Assembly (NCBI GenBank): GCA_951406725.2
Contig: OX597830.1
Location: 40,548,001 to 40,612,000 of the forward strand
Length of the DNA stretch: 64,000 nucleotides
Direction: 5' to 3'
Origin: Octopus vulgaris
Lineage: Eukaryota
A model generated the notes under the pieces. The model had not been told where the DNA came from. It did no database searches and was given only the letters and a program-made list of their open reading frames with translations. Positions within the stretch are counted from its first letter, which is position 1; each line of letters begins with the position of its first letter. A program made the position numbers and the translations under genes. Shown one piece after another: positions 24,681 to 38,248 of this stretch.

Positions 24681-25685
24681 TATTATCAGTCACACACATA
24701 CATAGTGTATGTGTTTAGTCTTTATGCCGAATTTGCTGCAGGATAGGATCTGGGGAGGACTCTCTATATGCCAAACGTTGAAGAACTCACCTTGGAATTA
24801 CCGAGAATGTCGGACGCTGATTTTCATGATTATTTGTGGCTTACCAGTACCATGTATTCGGATCATCTCAAAGTGAATCAAAGGTATGGAATTTAAATGC
24901 AAATAAATTGAAATCTATTTGCTGATGTGCTGAGGCATAGCACATGTGGATGAATATTAAATTACAAATTTAAAGTAGTTTTACTAATGTAAACAGTATT
25001 AGAGCTGCTTATAATTTAACATATATATATATGTATACACACACACACATATACATTGTTAAAAGGCTGCATCACCTAGTGAAGAGGAATAGCCTGCAAG
25101 AGTCTTGGGCAGGTACCAAGTAGAAAGCACCCAGTACATTCTGTAAAGTGGTTGGCATTAGGAAGGGAATCCAGCCATAGAAACCATGCAAATTAGAATA
25201 GAGCATGGTGCAGCTCTCCATCTTGCCAGCTCTGGTCAAACCATCCAATCCATGCCTGCATGGAAAACACACACTAAACGATGATATATATATATATATA
25301 TATATATATAAAGGAATACCAAAAATGGGACAAGAATGCAAAACATCCAGACAGACGATACAAAAAACAAGGACGGGTCATTCAGACTTTTCTTTCTTCA
25401 GTTGAGTTCCAGATTATCTTTGCAATTTCAGCTGGTTATACATGAGATTGCTCCAATTAGACCAGCCCCAAGGAAAAACTAAGCTAAGAGTGCTAGATTC
25501 CATGGAAGAAAGCAGCGAATGTATACGGAAACAAGGACGGAAAAAATGGAGAAATGGTACACAAATACAAATGCAAATAAAGGACATTAACAACAGGTGT
25601 CTTTCGACTAAGGACAAATTAAATTAAGCTGGCGTGTGTGGAAGTGAAGCCTTACGGTAGGGACATAAAAGATGACAGGCATAGT

Positions 25686-26090
25686 AATAATAACAATAAT
25701 CCTTGGATAGAATTTAAAACATTTAATGCATCACTACATGCATTTCCACAAATCACATGTGTCTTAAAATCACAGCCCATCTTCCTGAGATGATTACAGT
25801 GTAGTCCATAGTATCCATGGGCATCAGGTTGATCATCTTCATGGATTCATTTCTTCAGGCACTGGTCAGAAGGGATAAACATCCCTCCGTTAAACATCCA
25901 TTAATGTTATATTGCCTGAAGAAATTAATCCATGAAGATCATCTACCTGACACCCTTTAATACTACAGACTATCCTGTAATCATCCTAGGAATACATACT
26001 ATGATCTTAAGAAACATGGGATTTGTGGAAACATGCATAGCAATGCATTAAAATATTTATAAATTCCATCCAATGATTATTGTTATTATT
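25686..26090. repeat. ~175-bp-arm inverted repeat with hammerhead-like cores
   Basis: Arms 25686-25861 and 25913-26090; attgc-CTGAAGA..GAAA-catgca-TA-gcaat at 25911-26044. Confidence 0.8.
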
Positions 26091-26867
26091 ATTATATTTA
26101 TCCTACATTATATTGGTACAGCTCAATGCAATCCCCCAAAAATGAGGCCTAACACTTGAAAGGTGCTTTTTATGTGCCACTGGCACAGGTGCCAATTATG
26201 GCCATGTAGCTAAACAGATTGTCAAAAAATATGTAATCCTAAACATTGCGCGTTTTATCTACTTCAACACTGAGCGAAAATAAGTGCCATTACAATGTCA
26301 TCTGACCTTCTAAATATAACAGCTAAAGCCTCCTCAAATCATAGTCTAATGCATTGGCTTTTAACCAGGGCAAAAGTACTTCATTGTAGACATAGCAAAC
26401 ACACAAAGGGGTGATATATGTCAAGGGTATATGATGAGGGCTGCTGGGTGTATAGAACAGCTGGGATTCTACACAGAAATGAAATATTCATTGACATTTT
26501 TATAAGTTAGCCATGTTAGCAGTGTATTTATATCTTGTGTTGATGAACTCAAAATATTTAAGCCATGAGGAATATATACAATACTTTTCAAAAATAATCT
26601 TTGTTGAAATTCCAAAATGTGAAGAATATTGTGTTATCAGTGAATAGAAACATGACTGATGATGTGTCAAGGCCTGATTACCGTTCACCTGTGCTACTAT
26701 CTCACTTTTATTCTCAATGCACTCTCTCTCTGCAGTTAAGAAACTTGCTTTACAACCCCATGGTCACAGATTCAGCCCACAGAGCAAGTGTCTTCAAGTG
26801 TAGCCCTGATCTGACCGGATTTGGTAGATGGAAACTGAAAGAAGACTGTCCTCTGTATGTGTGTCTG

Positions 26868-26898
<31 letters not shown>

Positions 26899-27653
26899 AG
26901 ACCCTTGTCTAGATATCATGTGATGGTTGTGAATGAGCATCATTGTCATACAGGTGAAGTTGTTTCCAGTCTTCTATGAAAAACATGTCTGACCATGGAC
27001 AAATATTATCTTACTTGGAAACATGGAAGTGTTGGTGGCAGGAAGGGCATCCAGCCCATAAGAAAAATCTACCACAGCAAACTCCACCCAAAAAATGGCT
27101 ATTAAATAATGATGTTGATGATGAAAGCAATGGCTTCTTTAGAATATTCCATAAAAGCAATAAAAGCAGAATTAGCTTCCATTTGATTAAAATAATCTTC
27201 TGCTTAATATTTTTATCAAAAATTAGGGGTGGGTATTTGTAAAAAAGATGAAAAAGGGATGTTGAGAGTCTTTACTCTATTGTGTTGTAAAAAAAAAAAA
27301 AACAAGGAGAATTATGGTTGGAAATCTTCTGATAAATCAGCTTGATCAGAGTTGACTCGAAAGCAAACCACTAAGGTAACCATGCTACCACCCAACCAAA
27401 CAACCAGCCAACCACAGCCTGCTGTTTGTGTTGAGATGAGGGTGAATTCAATGTTGGCAACTGTTGTCCTCCCCACAAATTTGTGGGCTTCTGCATAAAT
27501 GTTTGACCATAGAAGGAAATGTTTTGTGGCATTCCTTCTGGTTCTTTACTTTCTGAGTTCAAATCCTCCTAAGGTCAACTTTGCCTCTTATCTGCTCAAG
27601 ATAAAATAAAATACCAGCCAAGTACAGAAGTCAATGGTATCAACTAAGACCCC

Positions 27654-27861
27654 GTGGCGAGCTGGCAGAAACCGCTGAGCATTTCGCCTGTCGCAACGTT
27701 CTGAGTTCAAATTCCGCCGAGGTTGACTTTGCCTTTCATCCTTTCGGGGTCGATAAATTAAGTACCAGTTACGCACTGGGGTCGATGTAATCGACTTAAT
27801 ACCTATGTCTGTCCTTGTTTGTCCCCTCTATGTTTAGCCCCTTGTGGGTAATAAAGAAATA
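27654..27861 (+). mobile_element. Young SINE B with perfect 18-bp TSD, nested in an older SINE B
   Basis: ggtatcaactaagacccc at 27636-27653 and 27862-27879; CpGs retained. Confidence 0.92.
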
Positions 27862-28072
27862 GGTATCAACTAAGACCCCTCAAACTAAGCTCCACTCAAA
27901 ATTGCTAGACTTGTGCTTAAATCAGGAATCATTATTATCATTATTATTATATGAAACTTCGCAGCTTACTTTGTTGGGTATGATGGAAAGTGTCAGCTGT
28001 CCACAACCAGCACAGTAAGGTGACACTTATTTCAAGAACCATTATTATTATTATTATTATTATTATCATTAT

Positions 28073-28364
28073 TAGGCAGCGAGCTGACAGATTCGTTAGC
28101 ATGTTGGGCGAAATGCTTAGTGGCATTTCATCTGCTGCAATATTCTGAGTTCAAATGCTGTCGAGGTCGACTTTCATCCCTTCATCCTTCTGGGGTGGAT
28201 AAATTAAGTACCAGTGAAACACTGGGATCAATGTAATTGACTTGTCCCCTCCCCACAATTTGAGACCTTGTGCCTCAAGTAGAGAGGATTATTATTATTA
28301 TTATTATTATTATTGTTGTTGTTGTTGCTGTTGGTGTTGTTGATGTTATCTTCCTCTTCTCCCT

Positions 28365-28395
<31 letters not shown>

Positions 28396-28545
28396 TTATT
28401 ATTATTATTATTTATTATATCCTTTTGCAGTCGATAAATTAAGTACCAGCTGCATACTGGGGTCAATCTAATCGACTGCCAGCCCCCATCTCCACCCTGC
28501 CCACCAAATTTCAAGTGTTGTGCCCATAGTAGAGAGGATTATTAT
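28073..28545 (+). mobile_element. SINE B plus a second partial copy
   Basis: ggcagcgagctgacagattcgttagc..gataaattaagtaccag; the central domain recurs at 28430. Confidence 0.75.
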
Positions 28546-28560
28546 TATTATTATTATTAT

Positions 28561-28601
<41 letters not shown>

Positions 28602-29139
28602 ATGGTGGTGGTGGTGGTGGTGGTGGTGGTAGTAGTAGCAGCAGCAGTAGCCATTCTAGACAGTAAAACATTAGAAAATGCTGAGACCATCTATCATACC
28701 AACCTATCAGTGAGCAGATAATTTGTTTAATGTTCAAAAGTTGTAAATATGACACTAACAAACAAACAAACAAACAAAACAAACAAAATAAACAAAATAA
28801 ATAGTTAAAAAAAAAAAACTTGTACATAAATGTAATAAACACAGAAATAATCCCTAATTGTCATTTCATTTATTTATTTATTTATTTATATCCATCTCTT
28901 GATATTTAAGAAATTTTTAAAAAGCAAGATTTAATTTAAATTCAGCAAATTGTTTGTACTAAAATCTATAATAAATAAATAAATAAATAAATAAAAATTA
29001 ATTAATTAATTTCTGGAAATTAATGGAGTGGGTGAAGGTAGTAGTGGTGGTGGTGGTAGTGGTGGCGGTGGTTGGGAGAGGAAAGATATTCACATGATAA
29101 AACTTCTTTTTTTTTTTCTTGAAGCTATGAAAAAAAATG

Positions 29140-29770
29140 TACAACAACAACAACAAACATAAACAAGGAGCAATCATTAAAATGTTGTAAACAACAACAA
29201 CAACAGCAGCAATTACGATAGCGAATAACAACAACAATGATAGTGATAAAAACGATGACAATAACAACAAAAGAGGCAACAACAAAGACAATACAAATAA
29301 CAACAATAACCAGCAACAAAACAATAACAGCAACAACAACGAATACAACAACAATAACAACAACAACAACAACAATAGAAATAACAACAACAATAACAAC
29401 AACAATAATGGCAACAACAATAACAACAATAACGACAACGACAACAACAACAATAATGACAACAACAAAAATAACAACAATAACGACGACAACAACAATA
29501 ACGACAACAGCAATAACAACAACAACAATAACAATAATGACAACAACAACAATAACGACAATAACAATAACAACAATAATGACAACAACAGCAGCAATAA
29601 CAACAGTAACAACAACAACAGCAATAATGACAATAACAATAACAACAATAACAACAACAATAACAACAATAATGGCAACGACAACTACAACAATTTACAA
29701 TAGTGATAAGAACAACAACAATGTCAACAACAAAAACAATAACAACAACAACAATGACCAGAAAAACGAA
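29140..29770. repeat. Long degenerate (AAC/AAT)n array
   Basis: Directly visible; gives the poly-L, poly-T and C/Y-rich ORFs. Confidence 0.95.
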
Positions 29771-30068
29771 CAACAAAAGCAAGGGCAAGAAGAATAAGAA
29801 AAACAATCAACAATCAATAGGAGAACATAAACAATAAGAGGAATGCAGAGTGATGAACATTAATGTCAACAACAACAACAACATCACAACTGGCTCTCCC
29901 CCTTCCCCTTCCTCTTCCCACCAACACAACAACAACGACAACAACAATGTCACTAGCATTGGTCTATAACAGCAGCAACAACAATAACAACAACAGTGAT
30001 GATGATAATGATGATGAGGAGGAGGACAATAGGAAAGAAAAAAACTTCAAGAATAATAATATTAACAA

Positions 30069-30450
30069 CTAGCTGCATCACCCGGCGTTGCTCGGGTTTG
30101 TTTCGACCCTTTAGAATTGGAATTTTTGAAAAGTAAAAATTTTGTATTATGTTATTCTCTTTAAGTGAACATTTTTCTGGTTGAAATACACCGAAAAATG
30201 GTGACCCAGCAGTCAAAAAATCGTAAAAAATAGGGATTTTCATAGAAAAAAAGCACCTTTTTGATGTAAATAATTTTTGGTCTTAACATGGTGCGATTTG
30301 AATTTTTTCTTCTATGGAAGGAAGAGCAAGTCTTCTATCATACTTTCAACTTTGTTCAACTTGTGCCGCAGGGTCTCGGAGGAGATAGTGTTAGTTGAAG
30401 GCTACCAAACCTGCCATACACAGACAACTTCAGCTTTATATATAGAGAGA
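30069..30450 (-). mobile_element. Non-autonomous Helitron
   Basis: On the minus strand it starts TC and ends with hairpin cccgagcaacgccggg then CTAG; inserted between A and T with no TSD. Confidence 0.8.
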
Positions 30451-30569
30451 TGACAACTGCAGCATTGATAATGATAATGGTGGTGGTGGTGAAGGTGGTG
30501 GTGATGGTGGTGGTGGTGGTGGTGGTGGTGATGATCATCACCACCACCCACCACCACCACCACCATCAC

Positions 30570-30616
<47 letters not shown>

Positions 30617-30829
30617 CAATGATGTTGGCAGTAGTGACCAAGAGCCTAATAGTCATGTGAAGTTTGTACAAGGACACTCGAACTGCTAGAAATAGCAGCT
30701 AAGTATTCCTAAAGTTACATTTTACTGTCTTAAAAACAAAAAAAGAAAAGGAAGAATGAATCCATTGGCCAGTGTTATCTTAAATACGTAAAAAGACAGG
30801 ATGGTCATGGATGGTTTCAGTCATAGATC

Positions 30830-30869
30830 TGGTAGACGAAAACTGAAAGAAGCCCGTCATATATATGAG

Positions 30870-30940
<71 letters not shown>

Positions 30941-31170
30941 GCGTGTATATGTTTTGTGTGTGTATATGTTTGTGTGTGCATATGTTTGTGTGTCTGTGTT
31001 TGTCCCCCCAGCATCGCTTGACAATGGATGGTGGTGTGTTTACGTCCCCGTAACTTAGCAGTTCGGGAAAAGAGACTGATAGAATAAGTACTAGGCTTAC
31101 AAAGAATAAGTCCTGGGGTCGATTTGCTCGACTAAAAGGTGGTGCTCCAGCATGGCCACAGTCAAAATGA
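30830..31170 (+). mobile_element. SINE A, 5'-truncated
   Basis: Matches family A from ggtagacg onward. Confidence 0.85.
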
Positions 31171-31189
31171 ACAACAATAAAATACCACT

Positions 31190-31442
31190 TTAACCTGCAG
31201 TATTCAGGTTACTCTGTCAAATCCGATGCTTATTTAATCACGGATTTCAATTAATGCTTATTTAATTACTGATTTCAATTAATCTTGCATTATCTTGTAG
31301 CCTTAAGATTTCAATGATGTGATTGCTTATTTTTAGAATGACATTGTAAGGTAGGTGTGATAGGCCAGATCTGGCTGGTTTGAACAGAAAACAGGCAGAA
31401 TATTTTGGCTAGGTACGGCTGGTTTAAATACTAAACGGTTAA
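31190..31442 (+). mobile_element. piggyBac-like MITE
   Basis: Bounded by TTAA, with termini ttaacc../..taaacggttaa; copies at 37532-37760 (+) and 42971-43197 (-). Confidence 0.6.
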
Positions 31443-31671
31443 ATACATGTCCAACTCATGCCAGCATAGGAAAACAGGTATAAATTTTAACAAAAACAAG
31501 TCTCACATTATGAATGACTGCACTTGTATGTGTGCGTGTTACATGTTTGTTTACATTAAAAAAAATAATTGGTTTTATTAAACTTAAACACAAGCATGAC
31601 AGACACATGAACTGTTGCAGCTTTTGTTTTGTAATAAAAATAATAAGAAAAAAGAATTATTTTAATAAAAT

Positions 31672-31835
31672 GTGGCTGTGTGCTAAGTAGCTTGTTTACC
31701 AACCACATGGTTCCGGGTTCAGTCCCACTGCGTGGCACCTTGGGCAAGTGTCTTCTACTATAGCCTCGGGCCAACAAAAAAAGCTTGTGAGTGGATTTGG
31801 TACACGGAAACTGAAAGAAGCCCGTCGTATATATG

Positions 31836-31893
<58 letters not shown>

Positions 31894-32114
31894 CGTGTGT
31901 GTGTTTGTGTGTCTGTGTTTGTCCCCCCCAACATCGCTTGAGAACCGATGCTGGTGTGTTTATGTCCCCGTTACTTAGCGGTTCAGCAAAAGAGACTGAT
32001 AGAATAAGTACTGGGTTTACAAAAGAATAAGTCCCAGGGTCGAGCTGCTCAATTAAAGGCGGTGCTCCAGCATGGCCACAGTCAAATGACTGAAACAAGT
32101 AAAAGAGTAAAGAG
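31672..32114 (+). mobile_element. SINE A, near full length (reference copy)
   Basis: A-box-like tggctgtgtg, B-box-like ggttcagtcc, internal (TA)n(TG)n, tail stem-loop cagtc-aaat-gactg. Confidence 0.9.
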
Positions 32115-32349
32115 TATAACTGCATTTTAATACTTTAATATTTGGTGTTATTGAATTAATGGTTGATTTGAGCATCTGTTGCCTTAATCAGTGATTATAT
32201 ATGTTTTGGTCAAGAACATAATGCATTGCCCAGTTCAGGAATTGAAACCACAATTTGTAATCATGAGCCTAACATGCTAACCACTAAGCCATGCACCTCT
32301 GCTATATGACCCACGACAGCAGAGGAAAACTGGGATTAAAACGACATCA

Positions 32350-32960
32350 GGAGCAGCATGATGATAATGATAGCAATTAGATAAAGATTATGACAATGGT
32401 GTTGGTGTGTGACGGTGGTGGTGGTGGTGGTGGTGGAAGAGGGAAAAAAAGATGTTGGTAAGGGTGTTGGTGATCCTGATCATGATGGTGGTGGGGGCAA
32501 TGGTAGTAACCATACTATTGATGATGATGGTTGTGGAGGTGGTGGAGATGGAGTGATGACAACAATGATGACGTTAGTGATGCCAAAGAAGTGGTTGTGG
32601 TGTTGATGATGATATTGACAATGAAGATGATGAAGACAGATGAAGACAACGATGACGATGATGACGACGACGACGACGATGATGACAATGATGATGATGA
32701 CGATGATGACAGTGGTGGCAGTGGTGACGAGAATAATGACAACGATGATGACAATGATGATGATGACGGTGGTGGCGGTGGTGACGAGAATAATGACAAT
32801 GATGATGAGAATGATGATGATGACGGTGGTGGCGGTGGTGAAGAGAATAATGACAATGATGACAATGATGATGATGATAATGATCATTATCATCATCACC
32901 ATCATCATCATTGTTATCATCATCATCATCATCATCATGACAACAATGACAGCAATACAA
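32350..32960. repeat. (GAT/GGT)n array containing three 57-bp higher-order units
   Basis: gtggtggc.gtggtga.gagaataatgacaa recurs near 32711, 32768 and 32825. Confidence 0.85.
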
Positions 32961-33593
32961 TAAAAGCTACCAATATGTTTCTGTTTGTTTCTTGTTTTTA
33001 TTTTTATTGTTGTTGGCGTTTCTGTTTTATGTAAAAAGTAGGTCTCTATGTAATCATGACAGTAAAATGTTTTGCAAGTTATACCCACCATACAACCCAC
33101 CCACCCAACAACCTTCCCACACACACACACACACACATACACACACACACACACGTATGTCGTAGATCAAAGCAAGAAAACTCCTCGGATAAGATAGTTA
33201 AGTGGTAAGTGTTAGCCAGTGATGATAATCTGGCATCAACTGACAAAAGATGATATGAAAATTCTACAACAGAGGAAATACATCTCTAATTGCTATGGAG
33301 TTTTTAACAAGATTTATGAGCTTTGATTGATATGTATTACATTATAGCTAACCCGACACTCCACCCACACACCCTCATCGTCCCCCTCGCCAGAACAACA
33401 CAATTATTTTATTGTTTAAGCAGACAAACAACAGACTGAATTGTTGGAAGAACAATGAAATGCCGGCTGTTTCTATTGTTAAATGTTTGTATCCGGTACC
33501 CGATTCTTAACTAAGACACTTAGCCACATGACAGCACAGTCTACTTAGATGTATATAGGTACCATCAGTAAAATACATCAAAGTCTTCTAGAG

Positions 33594-33974
33594 CAGTGCT
33601 ACTCTAAGTGGTGGTTCAGAGACCGGTGCCGGTTCGCAAGCCATCAGCTGTTGGCACACGGCGAGTTTCCAGAAAAGAAAGAAACATTATAAAGTGTTTA
33701 TAAAATGTTTACGTAATATTGTATTATTTGTTTACAAAATAAACATTAGATAGAAAGAATTATTCTTTTATTTCTTATTTGTTTCAGCCATATTACTGCG
33801 GCCATGCTGGAGCACCGCTTTTAGTCGAGCAAATCAACCCCAGGACTTATTCTTTGTAAGCCTAGTACTTATTTTATCGGTCTCTTTCGTTGAACTGCTA
33901 AGTTATAGGACGTAAACACACAAGCATCGGTTGTCAAGCGATGGTGGGGAGACAAACACAGACACACACATACA

Positions 33975-34027
<53 letters not shown>

Positions 34028-34319
34028 GATGAGCTTCTTTCAGTTTCCACCTGCCAAATCCATTCACAAGGCTTTGGTTGGCCCAAGGCAATAGTAGAAG
34101 ACACTTGCTCAAAGGGCCACACTGTGGGACTGAACCCAGAACCATGTGTTGGGGAAGCAAGCTACTTGCCACACAGCCACTCCTTGTCAACTTTTATTAT
34201 ATTCATTATATATATTGATTCTGGTATAAATTAATATTATGAAGAAATATTATTGGTCCCTGGCACATTGGAGAAAAAAAACTGCCAGTACGCCACATCA
34301 GACTGTTTGAGAAGCACTG
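33594..34319. mobile_element. hAT (Charlie-like) MITE interrupted by a SINE A
   Basis: TIRs cagtgctactctaa / ttgagaagcactg; flanks ttctagag and atctaaaa resemble the NTCTAGAN target. Confidence 0.65.
33762..34182 (-). mobile_element. SINE A
   Basis: Full reverse-complement copy. Confidence 0.9.
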
Positions 34320-34741
34320 ATCTAAAAGAGCAGGATTGATGTAAAGTCAATCTGGGAGTCTTTATGTGGTTGTTTGATTTGCAAGAAATAGTAGATAAAT
34401 CTCCCTCATATCATACATCTTACCTACAGGTGAGTGAGTGTGAGGGAGCGCATTGTCATTGTGTTAACATCCATTTCCTTATTTCCAGTCTCTTTTTTTT
34501 CTCTAATTCTTCATTTCAAACACTGAGTAAAAAGCTTGTCTTCATTTCAATTTGTACAACCACAGTACTATATGTGGGTCAATTAAAAAGAAAATGATTA
34601 ATTAATCTTTATGAATGAAGTTGTGTTGCAATAACTGAGGAGTTCACAGATGTGTGACGAAAGATTTCCGGACAATCGACATGAGTCAGAATAAGAACAG
34701 TGATAAACGAGTGAGGAACGAATATATAATGTGTGTGTTTA

Positions 34742-35150
34742 TTTACTCATTTATTTGCTTCAGTCATTTGACTGTGGCCATGCTGAAGCACCGCCTTTAG
34801 TCAAATCAAATCAACTCCAGGACTTATTCTTTGTAAGTTTAGTACTTATCCTAGCGGTCTCTTTTGCCAAACTGCTAAGTTGCAGGTACCTAAACACACC
34901 AGCATCGGTTATCAAGCGATGGTGGGGGGACAAACATAGATACACAAACATATACACACACACATACATATATATGTACATATATATGTCGGGCTTCTTT
35001 CAGTTTCCGTCTACCAAATCTACTCACAAGGCTTTGGTCGGTCCGAGGCTATACTAGAAGACACTTGCCCAAGGTGCCACACAGTGAGACTGAACCTGGA
35101 ACCATGTGGTTGGTAAGCAAGCTACTTACCACATAGCTACTCCTGCACCT
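34742..35150 (-). mobile_element. SINE A
   Basis: Full reverse-complement copy. Confidence 0.9.
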
Positions 35151-35180
35151 ATTGGCAACAAAAAAAGAAAAAAGTGACCA

Positions 35181-35343
35181 GGCACTGGCATAGCTCTGTG
35201 GTAAGAAGCTTGCTTACCAAAAACATGGTTCCTAGTTCAGTCCCACTGCATGGTACCTTGGGCAAGTGTCTTCTACTAAAGCCTCAGGTCGACCAAAGCC
35301 TTATGAGTGGATTTGGTAGACGGAAACTGAAAGAAGCCCATCA

Positions 35344-35379
<36 letters not shown>

Positions 35380-35628
35380 TGTACGTACGTACGTATGTAT
35401 GTATGTATGTATGTATGTATTTGTGTGCCTGTGTTTGTTCCCCCCACCATCGCTTCACAACCAATGTTGGTGTGTTTACATCCTTGAAACTTAGTGGTTT
35501 GGCAAAAAAGACTGATAGAATAAGTACTAGGCTTACAAAGAATAAGTCTGGGGGTCGATTTGTTTGACTGAAGGTTGTGCTCCAGCATGGCTGCAGTCAA
35601 ATGACTGAAACAAATAAAAGAATAAAAT
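35181..35628 (+). mobile_element. SINE A, head-to-head with the previous copy
   Basis: Full copy with an internal (TATG)n. Confidence 0.9.
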
Positions 35629-35760
35629 CGCAAAATACAACAAGATAAATTAATTATTAGAAATCTGACATAGCTTTTTTTTTACATACACATGCATAAA
35701 CATATACATATATACATACACATATACCTACATACACACACACATACATACATACATACA

Positions 35761-35794
<34 letters not shown>

Positions 35795-37531
35795 CATATA
35801 TACATACATGCATACATACAGACATACATATATGGCAGACTTTCTTGAGTTTCTCTCTACCAAATAAACTCAAGGTTTTGATCACTTGCAAAAGGTGCCA
35901 TGCGGTGGGACTGAACCCCAAACCATGTGGTTAGGAAACAAGCTTCTAACCACACACCCACACCTTGTCTTTTTCATATTCAAACATGATGTTACATTTT
36001 ACAGGTGCAAAAATTAATCAAATATTTACCTAAGGGCAGAAAGCATCTTCACAAGTGAAGATGCTGCCTCGTTAGCTCAATATTATGTAATATTACAGAA
36101 TTCTAACCAATCAACTGATTCTGTCAGACAAAAGAATTCACCTCCACCTCCATGGATTCCACACTACCTCATTGCAACAAGATACTTGTTATTTATTTAT
36201 CCATGTATTTCAATATAACTACACCATCTGTACATCATTATCATCATCATCATCATCGTCGTTTAACATCTGACTTCCATGTTGGCATGGGTTGGGTGGT
36301 TTGACAGGAACTGGCCAGGCAGGAGCCTGCACCAGACTTCTGTGACTGTTTTGGCAGGGATTTTACGATTGGATGCTCTTCCTAACACCAATCACCCAGC
36401 CGGTAAGGCCTCCCATGTTGGTCAGGTCAAAGGACAGATGCCAGATCAATATGGGCCACCTCATCCCAGAGACAAAAATGGATTTGCATTTTGTAAAAAG
36501 CAAAGTTACATTAAAGCATTGATGACAATTCAAAACCAAAGAGATCTGGAAGAGGGAGGCCTTCCTTCAGGGAAACATGAAATGAGGGGTATAGTAACAG
36601 ACCATCATAAGTGCCACAACTTAAAAACCGAGAAAAATGCAGTCAAAGTTTTGCAACTTTCAGAATGCAGTATCCTGGCAAGGAATGAAGTTAGGAAGCT
36701 GGTTTTGGTCTTAAAATGACTGTGAAGACCTCCTCTAATTATTCCACCTATGTAAAATTATTTATTTACGTATGCATCTGAAAGATGAAACAATGACGGT
36801 GTCTTTCTCATTTTGTAGAATATACCAGTACTATGAAACGGTGTATCGCATGGCATATTTTAGCCATAATACCTACATAAAATATGCAAAGATACCCACA
36901 AAAGTATTGTTCGTGTTTTAATATACCAAGGTAAGTATCTTTAAGAGGTAAGATAAGATAGCAAGATAATAACCCACTATCGTTATAATGGTGACAAGGA
37001 ATATTAGGAAATAAGCCATAACACCTCGTAAAACAATACAGGGATCACACCAAACTTATTCTTTGAGCATGCGTGCTTACAATGGTGTGTTACTAAACTT
37101 TCTGGTCCAAGTTTGGGTGAGCAAGTGTCGTGTCAATAGCGTCAAGGTAAAAGGTTTTTCAGCTGGATTTTCAACCTTATTGCAAGCCTCACCAGTTCTT
37201 CCTCCCAACTCATTCAGATTCTAGGCATTGAAACATAGAAAATGATATACTCATCTCAAAAATGGCCAGGGTGACACTTATGACACTCTGTTACTAAACT
37301 TCTCAAACGATGCAGCAAAACTGAAAAGGAAGTTGCCTGGAAAAGCAAGGATCCAGATGAAGAGAAGCAGAAGAAACAGCAGCTCAGTGAAGAAAACACA
37401 TCAATAGCCAATGCTCCACAGAGAAGTGCTTAAGTAATATTGCTGGTGCAGAAAACCTATATCGCAAAATGAAATATAAAGATAGCACAACAGGAATTTA
37501 ACCCATTGTTGCTGGGTATCAACTAGATTAT

Positions 37532-37760
37532 TTAACCCTTTAACATTCTGGTTACTCTGTCAAATGTTATGATGATTTATTTACATTGTTTGAAATCAAT
37601 CATGTATTTGCTCATAGCTTCAAGATTTCAATAATGTGATTGTGTATTTTTAGAATGACATTGCATGGCAAATGTGAGAGACTGGATCTGGACAGTTTTA
37701 ACATAAAATAAGGAGAATGTTTGGGGCTTGATACAGCCAGTTTAAATACTAAAGAGTTAC
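37532..37760 (+). mobile_element. piggyBac-like MITE
   Basis: ttaacccttt..ggttactctgtcaaat..tttaaatactaaagagtta. Confidence 0.6.
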
Positions 37761-38248
37761 AAGACAGTGCTTATGATTTGTCTTCTTAGAATGTCTATTC
37801 CTTCCTTCAATTTAAACCGATGTTATCTTTTTTACCAAATTATTTTGTGATTCTATTTTTAAAAATAACTTTGATTGATTTTTCATGTTGATACTGAATA
37901 ATCAGTAAACTTGATACCAATTTGGTCTTTGATTTTCTTCCATGTTGTTAATGAAATGCAATGAATTTTATTTACTCTCCGAGTTAAAACTTTAAATAAT
38001 GTTTAGTAATATATTTATCTGCAGATAAAAAGCATGAGAATGAATTTAGCGATAAAATGTTTGGCATGGCAGTGACTTTACAGACAATATATTGGCCAGT
38101 GTAGAAAATTTAATTGTGACAAAATTATCAGGTGATGAAATTACAGGCAAAGTAATTACCATGATATAATTATCCATGATGAATTTACCTTAATGAATTT
38201 ACTGGACATTGTTAAGAAGAGAGGAAACCAATGTATTTAAACTTTTAT

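Noticed and set aside
24725-24900. Short open frames (MPNVEELTLELPRMSDADFHDYLW..)
   Set aside because: No recognisable homology or clear splice pair.
32531-33034. Asp/Gly-rich ORF resembling a biomineralisation protein
   Set aside because: Triplet microsatellite open in several frames on both strands.
36279-37450. 146-aa ORF and adjacent unique-looking sequence
   Set aside because: The ORF begins in an antisense RTE tail and has no recognisable domain; possibly old LINE debris but unsupported.
38115-38208. Degenerate ~15-bp periodicity (tgatgaaattac..)
   Set aside because: May be a transposon subterminal repeat but too decayed to delimit or classify.
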